Origin: Rebecca billardiae RCC1528 | Taxonomy: Eukaryota; Protista; Haptophyta | Direction of reading: 5' to 3' | Length of the DNA stretch: 64,000 bases | Assembly: GCA_965240325.2 (NCBI GenBank) | Contig: OZ251227.1 | Coordinates: 806,001 to 870,000, forward strand | In this document: positions 12,344-23,332 of the stretch, one piece after another | Numbering within the stretch: the stretch's first letter is position 1 | Layout of the letters: each line of letters starts with the position of its first letter | Notes under the pieces: generated by a model | The model's input: only the letters and a program-made list of their open reading frames with translations | Databases searched by the model: none | Told to the model about the DNA's origin: nothing | Program-made: the position numbers and the translations under genes

Positions 12344-12421
<78 letters not shown>
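12344..12421. repeat. (AC)39 microsatellite, right flank of the 960-bp element
   Basis: Read directly. Confidence 0.97.
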
Positions 12422-12424
<3 letters not shown>

Positions 12425-12692
12425 ATTACTACGGGCAGGAAGACCTTGGATTACAACCGCAATCAAATATTATCAGCGGAGTGATACAGTCAAATGCATT
12501 ATCTTTTCACACCTAAAGCCACCCACACAATATCCAGCCGAAATCCTGCCGCGCGCGCATTACATATCTTTTTTTGATTTGCGGACTCGCACAATGTGCG
12601 CCGCTGCCCATCCCCCGGCTTTCGCTCATGCTCAGCTTTTTGAGTTTGGGGGGGGGGGGCAATGGAGGATACGCTGTAGCTAGTATCGCTAG

Positions 12693-12695
<3 letters not shown>

Positions 12696-12786
<91 letters not shown>

Positions 12787-12800
12787 AGAGAGAGAGAGAG
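12696..12800. repeat. (GA)n microsatellite (copy B ~37960-38069)
   Basis: Read directly. Confidence 0.97.
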
Positions 12801-13760
12801 ATGAGAGACTCAGACTGAGCGAGAGTCGGCCCCGTCAGCGCGAAGCACGCACACAGGGCTGGTGCGGGGTAGGGGGCGCCCAGGCAGCCCGGCATGCCTG
12901 TAATCATATCAGCTATATACCGTATACGGGCGCTATATTTAGACTCGCCAGAGTCTAACGCCATCACAGTCACTGAGACGACCGTATTACACTGCAGTGG
13001 GCAGCAGGTTTATAGCCGCGTTATTTAGCCAGTAGCCACGACGGGACGGACGACTATCACGACTAAGTACGTCTAATAAGCAGGTGCCCCTGACGACTCA
13101 GACCTTGAGTCGTGAGTCGTCACTGACTACTACTGATGATGAGTAACTACTGAGTACTGAGTCTGAGTCAGTGAGTGACACTGACAGGCCCTGCCCCTCG
13201 CGAGCACTCCAGGTCAGTCGGTCCCGCCGGTCCGACTCGTGACCCGCCAACGGATGCAGATGGTGACCCGACGAAGCAGGCGGATCTCGTCGTCGCCCGC
13301 GCTTCATGGTCAGAGCCATACGTCAACTCATCAAGCAAGCGTCGGGCGCAGCAGGTCACGCGTGACACGCGACCACACTCACTCTTGCTGTCACGTACAG
13401 CGCCCAACCCAGACCGGCGGTTGCGCACGCAAGTTCGTTGAGCACGCGATACTCACGATCAAGGGCCCCACCGGCAACCGTCTCCTGGGGCACACACGTC
13501 CGCTGCTGTTTCCAGAGCCAGTTCGGCGCCTGCACCACGCTGCTCTGCGCCCGCGATGCTCACCGAGTGCCACAACTGCGCAACACGCGCTGCTCCCGTA
13601 AGCGCAGGGCACCAGGTCGCAGCCGAGCTCACCTGCGCACCGGGCGGCGCGCCAGCTAGTGTCGTCGACGAGCACGTGGCGCCATCACAGCGCGCGCCAA
13701 CGAACAACCCACACGCCGCTCCCGAGAGCAGCACGCCTGTTGCCCACAACAATCTCCAGT

Positions 13761-15224
13761 TCACGCGTGTTGCGCACGACGCGCCTGCTGCGGCTGCCGT
13801 AACAGGCTCCCTCGCGCGGCGGGCGCCGTCGCGCGCGCCGCGGCCGGCGGGCTGAGCCCGAGCACGAGCCAGAACCAGCTCACGCCCACGCTGGCGCTGA
13901 GCGCGACTGCGCCGAAGTAGCCGCTCGGCGTGCCGTCGTACGCCGCGGTGGCGGCAGCGGACGCGCCGGCCATCGTGATGCACATCATCGTCATCGCCAC
14001 GCCCTCCGCGGTGCCTGCGACGTGCTCCCACTCGCTCAGGTAGAGCGCCTTGGCGGGCGGGTCCCACACGAAGCGCATCGTGTTGAGCACAACGGACGGC
14101 AGCGGCACCGCCCACCAGCCGACTGGCGCGCGGCGCGCGGCGGCGAGCGCGGCGAGCGCGGCGGTGAGCGCGTACGGCACCGTGCCCAGCTGCAGCACAT
14201 CGAACGCGCGCACGCGCCTGCTCAGCGCGAGCGCGGCCGCGCTCCCGCCGATGCCGGCGAGGGGGAGGACGGTGAGGACCATCCCCGCGTGCACGGACGA
14301 GAGACCGTAGTGAGACATCAGCACCGCCGGCATCAGCGTGATCTGGACCGCCACGGTGCCCATCGTGAGCGAGACGAACACGCTCAGGCCGACGTACAGC
14401 CGCGAGCCAAAGAGCACGCGCACGTCCGCGCAGCGGGCCGGCCGGCGCGCGCCCCGCGCCTCCTCGCCTTCGCCTTGCGCGGAGGCGGAGGACGTCATCG
14501 AGGAGGCGGAGGCGGAGGCGCCTGCAGCTCCCGGCGCGGCCGTCTCGCCGGCAGCGAGCGAGCCGGCCGGCGGCGGCATGGCCGCGTCGCTCACCGACCG
14601 CGAGTCGCTGCGACTCGCCCGCTGCGCTGCGCTCAGGAGGCCGTGCGCGGGCGCAGTCTCCGGCAGGGCGATCAGCGCCAGCGGCAGCACGGCCGCCACG
14701 ACGGCGCCGAGGAGGACGAAGACGGCGCGCCAGCCAAGCGTGCTGCCCACCGCCGAGCCGATCAGCGGCGCGAGGACGACCAGTACGGAGCGCGCCACAC
14801 CTATCGTCGCGTTCACGCGCGAGCGTTCGGCGACGCTGTCGAGCATGTCGCGAGCTATCGTGCGCGCAAACACCTGCGCTCCCTGGCCGGTGCATTGCAG
14901 CGCGCGCCCGACGACGAGCCACGTGACCGTGGGCGCGCACGCGCATATGACCGAGCCGGAGACGAAGATGCCAAGCGCGGCAATCAGCGGCCCTCGCCGG
15001 CCGAGCGCATCGCTGATCGCGCCGGTGCCAAGCGTCGCGAGCGCGGCCACAATCCATCCGATCTGGAGTGTGCGCGAGACCTCCGCGAACGAGCAGTCCA
15101 AGTCGCGCATGATCGCCAGCACATTCGGCAAGTACATGTCGGTCATCACGGGCCCGAGCGCATCGGTGACCGTGATGATCCCCCACACCGCCCACGCGAG
15201 CGGCGTGCGCGCTGGGGGCTCCAT
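13761..15224 (-). CDS. MFS transporter, DHA1/Bcr-CflA drug:H+ antiporter-like, ~487 aa
   Basis: TDMYLP motif, MFS motif A (GAISDALGRRG), LAPLIGSAVGSTLGWRAVF, two bundles of hydrophobic helices around a long central loop; first ATG at 15224 (ORF-track start 15251 is GTG). Confidence 0.9.
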   Translation of the reverse strand: MEPPARTPLAWAVWGIITVTDALGPVMTDMYLPNVLAIMRDLDCSFAEVSRTLQIGWIVAALATLGTGAISDALGRRGPLIAALGIFVSGSVICACAPTVTWLVVGRALQCTGQGAQVFARTIARDMLDSVAERSRVNATIGVARSVLVVLAPLIGSAVGSTLGWRAVFVLLGAVVAAVLPLALIALPETAPAHGLLSAAQRASRSDSRSVSDAAMPPPAGSLAAGETAAPGAAGASASASSMTSSASAQGEGEEARGARRPARCADVRVLFGSRLYVGLSVFVSLTMGTVAVQITLMPAVLMSHYGLSSVHAGMVLTVLPLAGIGGSAAALALSRRVRAFDVLQLGTVPYALTAALAALAAARRAPVGWWAVPLPSVVLNTMRFVWDPPAKALYLSEWEHVAGTAEGVAMTMMCITMAGASAAATAAYDGTPSGYFGAVALSASVGVSWFWLVLGLSPPAAARATAPAARGSLLRQPQQARRAQHA

Positions 15225-16624
15225 CCCGGCATCGCCGGCCCTCGGATGCACGGGAAGGCTGTGTATTGTACGGCGTGCAAGTTCGCGAGTCGCGGGAGAA
15301 GCGAGATTGAGACAACTGTCTTCCGCAGCCGCGCGAGCACACTACACTAGCAAGGCCTTGACACTAGAGTCGCACACGACAACATCGCTGATGCAAGGGA
15401 GTCAAGGGTGCCCGCGCCCCAGTGGCGCGCTCGGCGGATGTTGGGATACACCTTTTTGCCCGGCGCCCTGCGGCGGCGGCGGCGATGGCGTGCTCCGCTG
15501 GCGGGGCGAGCGCACGGGGCACGGCGCTGCGGGCGCGGATGTGCCCGCGAAGCCGGCGCGTGCGGACGGGCTGTTGCGGGAGAGTATCGGGCGCCCTCCT
15601 GCGACGCGCGACTTGCGCCACGCCTCTTTCGCCTCGGCTCAGAGCAGCGCGCACGCACGCGCCGCCTCAAGGCCAGCCTTGCCGCGCCGCAGCCGACCGC
15701 GCGCGCGCCGTGCGCGGCGTGGTCGGGAAGGAACGGGCGCTGCTGCCGGGCGAGATGGCGACGTCATGGGCGCACGCCATGCCGCCCCGCGGCGCCGCGA
15801 AAGAGCACGAGAACGGATCCGCACAGCTGTTGACGAGTGCTGATTTCTTGCCGTGCCTGAAGCCAGACCTGAGCTCGAAGAAGATGATGAAAGAGCATCA
15901 GCGCGAGGAAAGCGTCGCACCCAGCACTTCTACATGACCACGCGGTGATGAACATTCATGTAAGAGTAGCCCGCGTGCCCGTCTGGCACTGTTCTGTGTC
16001 TCAATGATCGTCCCGACAACGGTCACGACCGCGAGGCAGTGCACACCATTTGTGACAAGTCGAAAAGGCGTGCAAACGGACCGACGACACTCTCGTCAAG
16101 GCGTGGCGGGGCGGCATGGCGTGCGCCTATGACGTCGCCATCTCGCCCGGCAGCAGCGCCCGTTCCTTCCCGACCACGCCGCGCACGGCGCGCGCGCGGT
16201 CGGCTGCGGCGCGGCAAGGCTGGCCTTGAGGCGGCGCGTGCGTGCGCGCTGCTCTGAGCCGAGGCGAAAGAGGCGTGGCGCAAGTCGCGCGGCGCAGGAG
16301 GGCGCCAGATGCTCTCCCGCAACAGCCCGTCCGCACGCGCCGGCGTCGCGGGCACATCCGCGCCCGCAGCGCCGTGCCCCGTGCGCTCGCCCCGCCAGCG
16401 GAGCACGCCATCGCCGCCGCCGCCGCAGGGCCGCGGGCAAAAAGGTGTATCCCAACATCCGCCGAGCGCGCCACTGGGGCGCGGGCACCCTTGACTCCCT
16501 TGGCTGATGGAAAGCAATAAGATCCCAGATCCCCCTTGGCCCGGGCCCCCGCCACCTTGTTTGCTGCCGTGCTTCATATGGGGGTACTACCCCATATGGT
16601 ACTGGAGCTTTCGAGCGTCCTTTG
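15225..16624. promoter_or_regulatory. Divergent intergenic/promoter region between the MFS and methyltransferase genes, interrupted by a MITE
   Basis: Head-to-head ATGs at 15224(-) and 16625(+); about 284 bp remain once the MITE and one TSD are removed; hairpin catatgggg-gtacta-ccccatatg at 16575-16598. Confidence 0.55.
15394..16502. mobile_element. 1109-bp long-TIR element (CAAGGGAG ends, 397-bp TIRs, 7-bp TSD GCTGATG), P-element-like non-autonomous
   Basis: gctgatg|caagggagtcaagggtg ... cacccttgactcccttg|gctgatg; arms 15394-15790 and 16106-16502, core 15791-16105. CA-N-R-G ends with 7-8 bp TSD fit the P superfamily (superfamily call is inference). Confidence 0.92.
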
Positions 16625-17293
16625 ATGCGGCGGCGTTTGTTGGTGAACGGGCACGCTGAGCAAACCCGCGCGATGCGAGCCAAAAAGCCGACCACACTCG
16701 GTGCGACCGCGACGACGGGAGTGGCAGTCGCGTTCACGTGCGCCCTGGCAGCCGCGGTGCTCGATCTGCAAGACCGTTCGAAGTTCTTTCGCGAACTTGA
16801 CGCCCACCTGCACTCGGCATCGTCGATCCTGGACTTTGGCGGTGGTCGATGTGAATTAAGCGCGCACATCAATGGGCGCACCAACGTCACAACTGTCGAC
16901 ATTTACCGCGGCTGCGAGGACGCAGACACCTACGACGGGCGCACGCTTCCCTACGACGACGGATCATTTGATGTGGTCGTGGCGTCCTTCGTTCTTCACC
17001 ACATCCCACACCACCGCGACATCGTCCAAGAGCTTCATCGTGTGTCGCGCGGCAGTGTGGTAATCCTCGAGGACAACCCACGGACCCACGTGCACTGGGC
17101 GCTGACGCGGCTCCACTTTCTATTCTTCGGGCAGCCCATGTCCACCGCCGAGCACGTGAGACCGCCCACCTACTGGCTTCGCCTCTTAGGCGGGGGCTCC
17201 GGCCAAATCGATGGTGCCGTAGTACGGGAGCTGCCAACGGTCAGCTGGCTCAACCCGACGCCGCACGTGCTCATTGCGGTCGACTCGACGTGA
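16625..17293 (+). CDS. Class I SAM-dependent methyltransferase (Methyltransf_11/25-like) with N-terminal hydrophobic segment
   Basis: Motif I ILDFGGG, then VTTVD, YDGRTLPYDDGSFDVVVASFVLHH and VVILED; start may instead be ATG 16673. Confidence 0.9.
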   Translation: MRRRLLVNGHAEQTRAMRAKKPTTLGATATTGVAVAFTCALAAAVLDLQDRSKFFRELDAHLHSASSILDFGGGRCELSAHINGRTNVTTVDIYRGCEDADTYDGRTLPYDDGSFDVVVASFVLHHIPHHRDIVQELHRVSRGSVVILEDNPRTHVHWALTRLHFLFFGQPMSTAEHVRPPTYWLRLLGGGSGQIDGAVVRELPTVSWLNPTPHVLIAVDST

Positions 17294-18232
17294 GCTCATT
17301 AGGAGACCCGGTGTGCAGGCACCCTGCTCCTGGCAACCAGTGCCACAGCGGGTCAGAGCCGTCAGCCCGACTGGCGTGGCGCCATCCGGTCGTGCTCATG
17401 CCTGCCCGCACACGCGGGCCGCACAGGGCTGCGCGTTGGGGCCAGGCCGGCGGGCCAGCTCCGGTCACTGTCCGGGACGACTGTCAGCATGATGTGGGTT
17501 TCTTCATCTCCTGGGGGGTACGGGGATGGGGGGGGGGTCCCAGCCAATCGAAGCAGGACCAAATACGACTGCTTAGCAATATAGGGGCCGGGCTCCGGCT
17601 TCTATGCCCACGCTACGACGAGTGGCCATGTCTTCCAGCGCCTCGCGTTCGCGAGGCGTGCCCGAAACAGCTACACACTCACCGGTGCCCTGGGGCACCG
17701 GCGCAACCCGCATCCAACACTCCGCATATCGCAGACACGACATATCCACCCGCGCTTGCACACGCACGCCCCCCCCCCGCCTGCTTGCTGACCATGAAAG
17801 GACTGGCCCCGGGTGCGGACGCCAAGCGCATGCTCATCCCGACACGACGGCGAACACCTGCGGTGTGCCTGTGCGGAGGCACTGGGGAGCGACACGCGGA
17901 GTGTGGGCCGCCCTCCTTCCTGAGCAGCGCCCGGCCCTCAGGTGGAGACCGCGCCCGTCCCGGCCTCCCCGCGGCGGCCGCGAGCCCCCCCCCCCCCCCC
18001 CCTTTTCCCCATCCTGCCCGTTTCGCGACAAACCCCTCTCCCCCCGAAACGCACGACGGGCCGCCGTGGTCCGGGGGACCGGCGGGGCCACTCCGGACCT
18101 GGGTTTTGAAATTTGATTTCAACCCCGCGCGCCGAAATGCCTTTGGCACCAGCACCGACCTCGCTCGCACCGCAGTGCTTCCGCACCCGCCCCCCGGCCC
18201 TCCGCAGCCCCGCGCCCGCCACACCGGCCACC

Positions 18233-19336
18233 ATGCCCCCTTACCAGCACGGCTTTTTCCGCGACCGTCTCAACAGCAGGAGCGCCTTGAGCTTCTTCCC
18301 CTCTTCCAACAACTTCGAGCGCGGGCTGCAGGTGGAACGGCCGAGCACCCCCACCGCCAGGCGGGATGCGGGCCAGCAGATGTGCACGACGATGATCAAG
18401 CTGAGCGCGCGCTGCCTGAGCGACGTGGCGCCCAACTCGCAAGGCGGGCGACTGCTCTCAGGACTCACCCAGGACCCCAAAGGCAATAAGCACGTTTTCT
18501 CCTTCACCGGCTCGGTGCTCGAGAACATGACCATCTGCCGCCGCCTGGCCACCAGCCTGTGCATGCCGAACATTCTCACGGCGTGCACCACGGAGCTCAC
18601 GCAGGAGATGCTCGCGCTGTCGGCGGCCGACCTCGCAACCCAGGCGAAGGACGTGTCCCTCACGCTCCCGGTTAGCCCCACGATGACGCTCGTGCAGTTT
18701 CACAGGGCCCTCTACGAGCAGATCGTGCCCGACATCAACAAGTACGTGACCAACGGTGAGCACGTCGAGACCAACATCTACTCCGGCGGTGTGAACCTGA
18801 TCTTCCTCCGCCTGCGTTTCATGCCCATCGACCCCGAGCACCCCATCTTCTTCGCGCCGCTCAAGCCGAGCCGCCGCATCGCCGGCGCCGCCCGCGTCCC
18901 ACACAACCTGTGGGGCGTGCCGCCCGCGCCGCCTGTGCCGCCCGCGCCGCCCGCCGCTGCGCGCCGCCCTGCTCCTCAGCCGGCCGACCAACAGGCGGCG
19001 GACCCCGCCGGCCCGGAGGCGGAGGAGCCCGAGGGGGAGGGTTCGGACGATGCCATCCCGCCACCCCAGCCACCAACCGCGGCCGCGCCGTCGGACGGGC
19101 CCGAGGTGCAACAGGCCAGGCCGGCGCTCGGGGAGTCCAACTACCGCCTGGTCCTGCCCCCCGGCGCCGCGGCAGCCGGCAAGCGCGCGGCGACCGAGCC
19201 GTCCACGCCGGCGGAGGAGGATGGGCCCTCCTCCGCTGGCGGGAGCGACGCCAAGCCGGCCAAGCAGGCTCGCACCGCGTCCCTCGGCGACCCCCCCCGT
19301 GACCTGGCTGCCGCCGCGCCGCAGTCGCTGGCGTAG
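18233..19336 (+). CDS. Hypothetical protein, 367 aa: globular-looking N-terminal ~215 aa plus Pro/Ala/Glu-rich tail
   Basis: gccaccATG context, strong C/G third-position bias and balanced composition unlike neighbouring shadow ORFs; no family recognised. Confidence 0.75.
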   Translation: MPPYQHGFFRDRLNSRSALSFFPSSNNFERGLQVERPSTPTARRDAGQQMCTTMIKLSARCLSDVAPNSQGGRLLSGLTQDPKGNKHVFSFTGSVLENMTICRRLATSLCMPNILTACTTELTQEMLALSAADLATQAKDVSLTLPVSPTMTLVQFHRALYEQIVPDINKYVTNGEHVETNIYSGGVNLIFLRLRFMPIDPEHPIFFAPLKPSRRIAGAARVPHNLWGVPPAPPVPPAPPAAARRPAPQPADQQAADPAGPEAEEPEGEGSDDAIPPPQPPTAAAPSDGPEVQQARPALGESNYRLVLPPGAAAAGKRAATEPSTPAEEDGPSSAGGSDAKPAKQARTASLGDPPRDLAAAAPQSLA

Positions 19337-19396
19337 AGCCGCGCGCGGCGCTGGCGCGCCAGACGCGCCCGGTTGGGCAGCGCAGGCACCCTCAGC

Positions 19397-19516
19397 GGCC
19401 AGGACGACGACTTCCTCAACGGCAAGGGCGACGACTTCCTCTGCGGCCAGGGCGACGACTTCCTCAACGGCAAGGACGACGACTTCCTCAACGGCAAGGG
19501 CGACTACTCCCTCAAC
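19397..19516 (+). repeat. 5 x 24-bp tandem repeat downstream of the ORF
   Basis: Unit approximates ggcaagggcgacgacttcctcaac, five copies with variants. Confidence 0.9.
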
Positions 19517-19847
19517 TCGGCAAGGCCACTAGGCCGCGCACACCGGCCCGGGCGACCACATCCACTACCTGCACTACGGCATCAACTTGAACAGCCTCGG
19601 ACGACGACGACACGGGCAACTACATGATGACCAAGGCCGACGACGACTGCAAAACAGCGGCATCCCCGGGCGCCTACTACCTCAGTGACCGTGTGATCAG
19701 CATCGGTTACGACGACTCCCTCACCCGCGGCCAACGCGCTCCGACATCCTCCATTAACTCCATTCAGTACTTCGACAGACGAATCAGGAGAGCTGCGCCC
19801 TCGTGCCTGTGTCTTTAAATCATAGAATTGGTCCACCCCCCGCCCGG

Positions 19848-22800
19848 CATTGCGTTAATTTCTTGTGGGGCGAAACGAGTGTTCGCGAAAAAGGGAGGCT
19901 CTCGAAAATCACGAAAGCAGTGCTCCCATTGGCCGAAACGAGTGAACCATGTCACCCACATTTTGAGTAAAGTCCCATGAAAGACAATGAAAACTGAGCA
20001 GGTTGGAATCAGAGTCTCGCGAAAGCACTAATCATGTCAGCGAAGCAGAGGCCAAAGGCACACACGTCCAAAGCCGTAGATCCTGCAGGGAGGAGGCCGG
20101 GGGGCGACGACGAGTCCGGCGTATCAGAGGAACACTTTTGCGCGATTTCGTCAGACGAGAGCGCTCACGCTTCCTTGATGGCGTTGAGTGCCAGCGGGAT
20201 GTTGCAGGTCGTCGTTCATGAGCGTGGCGAAGGGAGCGTCCAACCCATGCTTATCTGCGCCCGGCTGCGTGGCCCTCTCCGTCTCGGTCACCGCTGCGCT
20301 GCACCACACCCTCTCCGCTGCCCGCTGCTGCAGGCCGACTGCGGCAGGCGGACTTGAGGACGCCGACGCCACAGGCCGACGAGGCGGCTACCGTCAGCCA
20401 CGACCACTTTGTGGAGGCACGTGCTGTGCCATCCGTGCCGCGTGCAGCGGCGGCTGGAGCGCGGCAATCGCAGCCCGCCACGGCCTCGCTGGTGGCAGCG
20501 CATGCGCTGCATGCGGCATCAGAACGGCGCAGGCCCGGCGCGCCGGCGCTGTCGGTCGCGCTCGCGCTCGCCACTCAAGCAGCGGCGCCGTGATCGGTGA
20601 TGGAACGGTGTGCCTGCTGGCCATCTGCGCGCAAGGCGCGGGGTCCTCGTGCAGAGCATGTCGACAGGCCGACAGTCAAGTAGGCGGAGGGTGCTTACCC
20701 GGCTCGGCGGTGAGCCTCGCCCGCGACTGCGCACATGAGGAGCGCGCGTGCATATCCACGGCGCATTGGGCGGCAGCTGGAGTGGCGCAGCCACATTCTG
20801 CCGCAGCGCCGCCCCGCGCTTCCACGCTGGCAGACGCGGCTTCGAACCGCCTCCGTCGCCGCCTCCACCGCAGCATGATTGGGATCCGCCGGAGAAGAAC
20901 GACCGTGTCGCGCGCGGCCAGACCGCCATCATCGGCGCGCGGACGCGGACGGCGGCGGGGCCGCGGGTGTGACTCGCGGATGTATGCCGCCATCATGGTC
21001 TGTGACACTGCCTTCGGATGCCACGGGACCGAGTGCCGTCAATGACTGCGCGGGCCAAGGCCGCGGCCGGGCGACGCCTGCGCCGGCCACGCCGCCGCCG
21101 TCAGTCAGCTGTCCGACGACACCTGATCTGCGGTCGACGCCGGTCCCGCGGGCGCGGTGGCCTCGCCCTCGGACTTTTGACGAGCGCAACGGCTCGTTTT
21201 CTACATCATCACATATACGCTACTTGCAGCATCAGCGCGGCCGCGGCGTCCCCGTGGCCGTCTACTGCGTCATGCCGTCCGAGGCTGCTGAGTCTGATGA
21301 CGATGACCTCTTTAGTCAGACCGTGCTGCCCGCGCGGGCCGCGCCGTTGATATGGTCCGGGATGTCGTCAATTGTCGATCGACACTGATGAGTGCGTCCG
21401 GCCGCCGTAACTTTAGTCTCCGACGACTCTGACTCCGCCGAGTAATTCTAACAACAATGTAGTTATGGCGGCTGTCCGAGTCCCCGGCCGCGTCGACGTA
21501 GTGACGAACTCCGACGCTGCATGATTGATCTACTATGCTGATGCCAATCGTCGTGAGTGAGCCTGGTGTGAGTCGTGGTGAGCGCCGCCAGCAGGCGTCG
21601 ACTGACGAGCCGCCAGCAGGCGTTGACTGACGAGCTGCGTACTACAGTATGACGAGACGACAGTAATCGTCAGTATAGCTGCTGACACTAGACACTGTGA
21701 TGTGATTATGATCACGTCGCCGCCGCCGCGCCGCTCGCCGGGAAGCAAGCACGTGCTCGATCACTCGATCAGCGTGGCGGAGAACCGCCTTACACTGCAG
21801 CAGAGTCACCGTATTTAGTCTGCTGCTGTCTGAATCTGATGCCATGCGAGGCACGCCGTGACGCCGCGGGCCGCCGCCGGTCGGCACGCGCGCCGGGTGA
21901 GGCACGCCGTGACGCCGCGGGCCGCCGCCGGTCACGGCACACGCGCCGAGTCACTCCGCGCCGGGTGCCCTGCCCCAGTACTACGTACGATATTATTCAC
22001 TTTTAAACCGTAGGGCCGCAGGCGCTGATGAGCCTGTCAGGAATATACACGACTATACGACTACGGCATGCATGGTGATTGAAACGGAAGATCGAAGTGA
22101 CTCCGATGAGACGTATGAGTGAGGATCGAATCGGATGAGCCCGCTATTCTGGGTGCCTCAGGCTGGCAGCCGTGGCCGTCGCGCGGAGCCCGACGCCAGC
22201 GCACTACGTCGTGGGCGCACGGATCTAAAAACCACTAGCTCGACGCTGCACGGGAAAAGTGGCGGTGCCCGGCGGCGCACAGACGCAGACTGCTATCATG
22301 ATTATCAGAGCACGTTCTCACCGCCGGGCAGCACTGCACGAGAATAGTGCCGCGGCGGGGGTGCCTGTCGGCGCGGCGCACAGACACTATGATCATCGGA
22401 TGATCATCGGAGCACGTTCTCACCGGGCAGCACCGTGGGATGGCCGTTATCGCCCTAGTCTTGGGCACCCCGGACCTGTACAGCAGCAGCCACCGCAGCT
22501 TCTTCCGCGCCTCGCCTCGTCGTCGGTGTTGAATGTGACTCGCGGCCGGCGCGCTTGGCAATGATGGCGTCACCAGCCGCCTCCGCGCAGAAGTGGCTTC
22601 GGTCAAAGTACACCAGCCTTGGCAAGGCAATGGGCTCTGACGGTGCTCCCGACCTGACTGCACCACCCATGCTGTCGAGCAGTGACTGCGGCTGCAGGGA
22701 GCACTGCAAGAAGAGGTAGGACTCGATGCCCGCCATGCCCGACCCATCCATTTCCCGCTCGCGCGGGTTCTCGAGCGACGAGATGATCAGGGGCAGGGCG

Positions 22801-23332
22801 TGGCGGTGTTGATGGCCGCGCGAGAACTGGTTGATCACGAACCTGCATGAGCTGACCACCGCATCTGTGGCTGCGGACACTCTGTTCGCTTCACGTGCTC
22901 CGCGCTGCGGAGCGCGGACTCCAACTGACCGGCCCGCCGCGCACGAGCAATTTACCGCGCAGCACCCGCTGGTCTTGGGCAACGGTCAACGCCCAGCCGC
23001 GTCCATCACCTTACTGCTTGGCGCCATTCTGCCACGCCGTGTTCGGACCGCAGCCCGAGCTGTAGTAGCGAGCAGGTGTTCGACCGGGAAAGGCCAGGGC
23101 GCCAGCTTCACCTCCCCTCGGTGGCTCGGTCGGAACTGGCGGAGCTGGAGCTGGTCCTCGAAGCGCGACGATGGGAAGATTGAAGAGTCCCTGCGGACCT
23201 CCCTATTACGGGAATCTTGCGCTCTCGAGCGCTATTGAAGGGTGTTAAAGCCTCAGCCAATCAGGGGCGGCCATGTTTTTTCCTCGACGTCTGCCAAACA
23301 CTCGTTTCGGCCCACCTCAGATTAACGCAATG
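19848..23332. mobile_element. 3485-bp non-autonomous TIR element (CATTGCGTTAAT ends, 2-bp TSD GG), CMC/EnSpm-like
   Basis: gg|cattgcgttaatttcttgtggggcgaaacgagtgtt ... aacactcgtttcggcccacctcagattaacgcaatg|gg: 12-bp perfect and ~36-bp imperfect TIR; subterminal cgaaacgagtg repeats; only broken protein-like fragments inside. Confidence 0.72.

Larger units (their letters stand above)
17604..19829 (+). mobile_element. 2226-bp polymorphic segment (copy A only), no TSD, no TIR, one ORF
   Basis: Copy B reads ggcttct|ggtccacc (42873/42874); copy A reads ggcttct[atgcccacg...catagaatt]ggtccacc; only one T is ambiguous. Insertion in A versus deletion in B cannot be proven here. Confidence 0.65.
1..21413 (+). 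repeat. Tandem segmental duplication, copy A (array starts upstream of the window)
   Basis: Sequence at position 1 (tagtctccgacgactctg) recurs at 21414 and 44458; ORF track repeats at offsets 21413, 26308, 25268 and 23044, the steps matching three indels. Confidence 0.97.

Noticed and set aside
11140-12973. Poly-CV, poly-HT, poly-ER and poly-SL ORFs
   Set aside because: Translations of (AC)n and (GA)n microsatellites.
13459-15843. 627-, 442- and 501-aa ORFs overlapping the MFS gene
   Set aside because: Alternative-frame or antisense shadows of a GC3-rich real gene.
17611-17671. Hammerhead-ribozyme-like string (gacgag...cgaaac); also ctgatgag at ~612 and ~21386
   Set aside because: CUGANGA core is not intact here and stem II does not pair; the other sites lack a properly placed GAAA. 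A covariance-model scan would settle it.
19373-19627. GxGDDFL repeats as an RTX calcium-binding protein
   Set aside because: Period is 8 aa not 9, the frame has no ATG start, and it lies just after the stop of the main ORF; treated as a non-coding tandem repeat.
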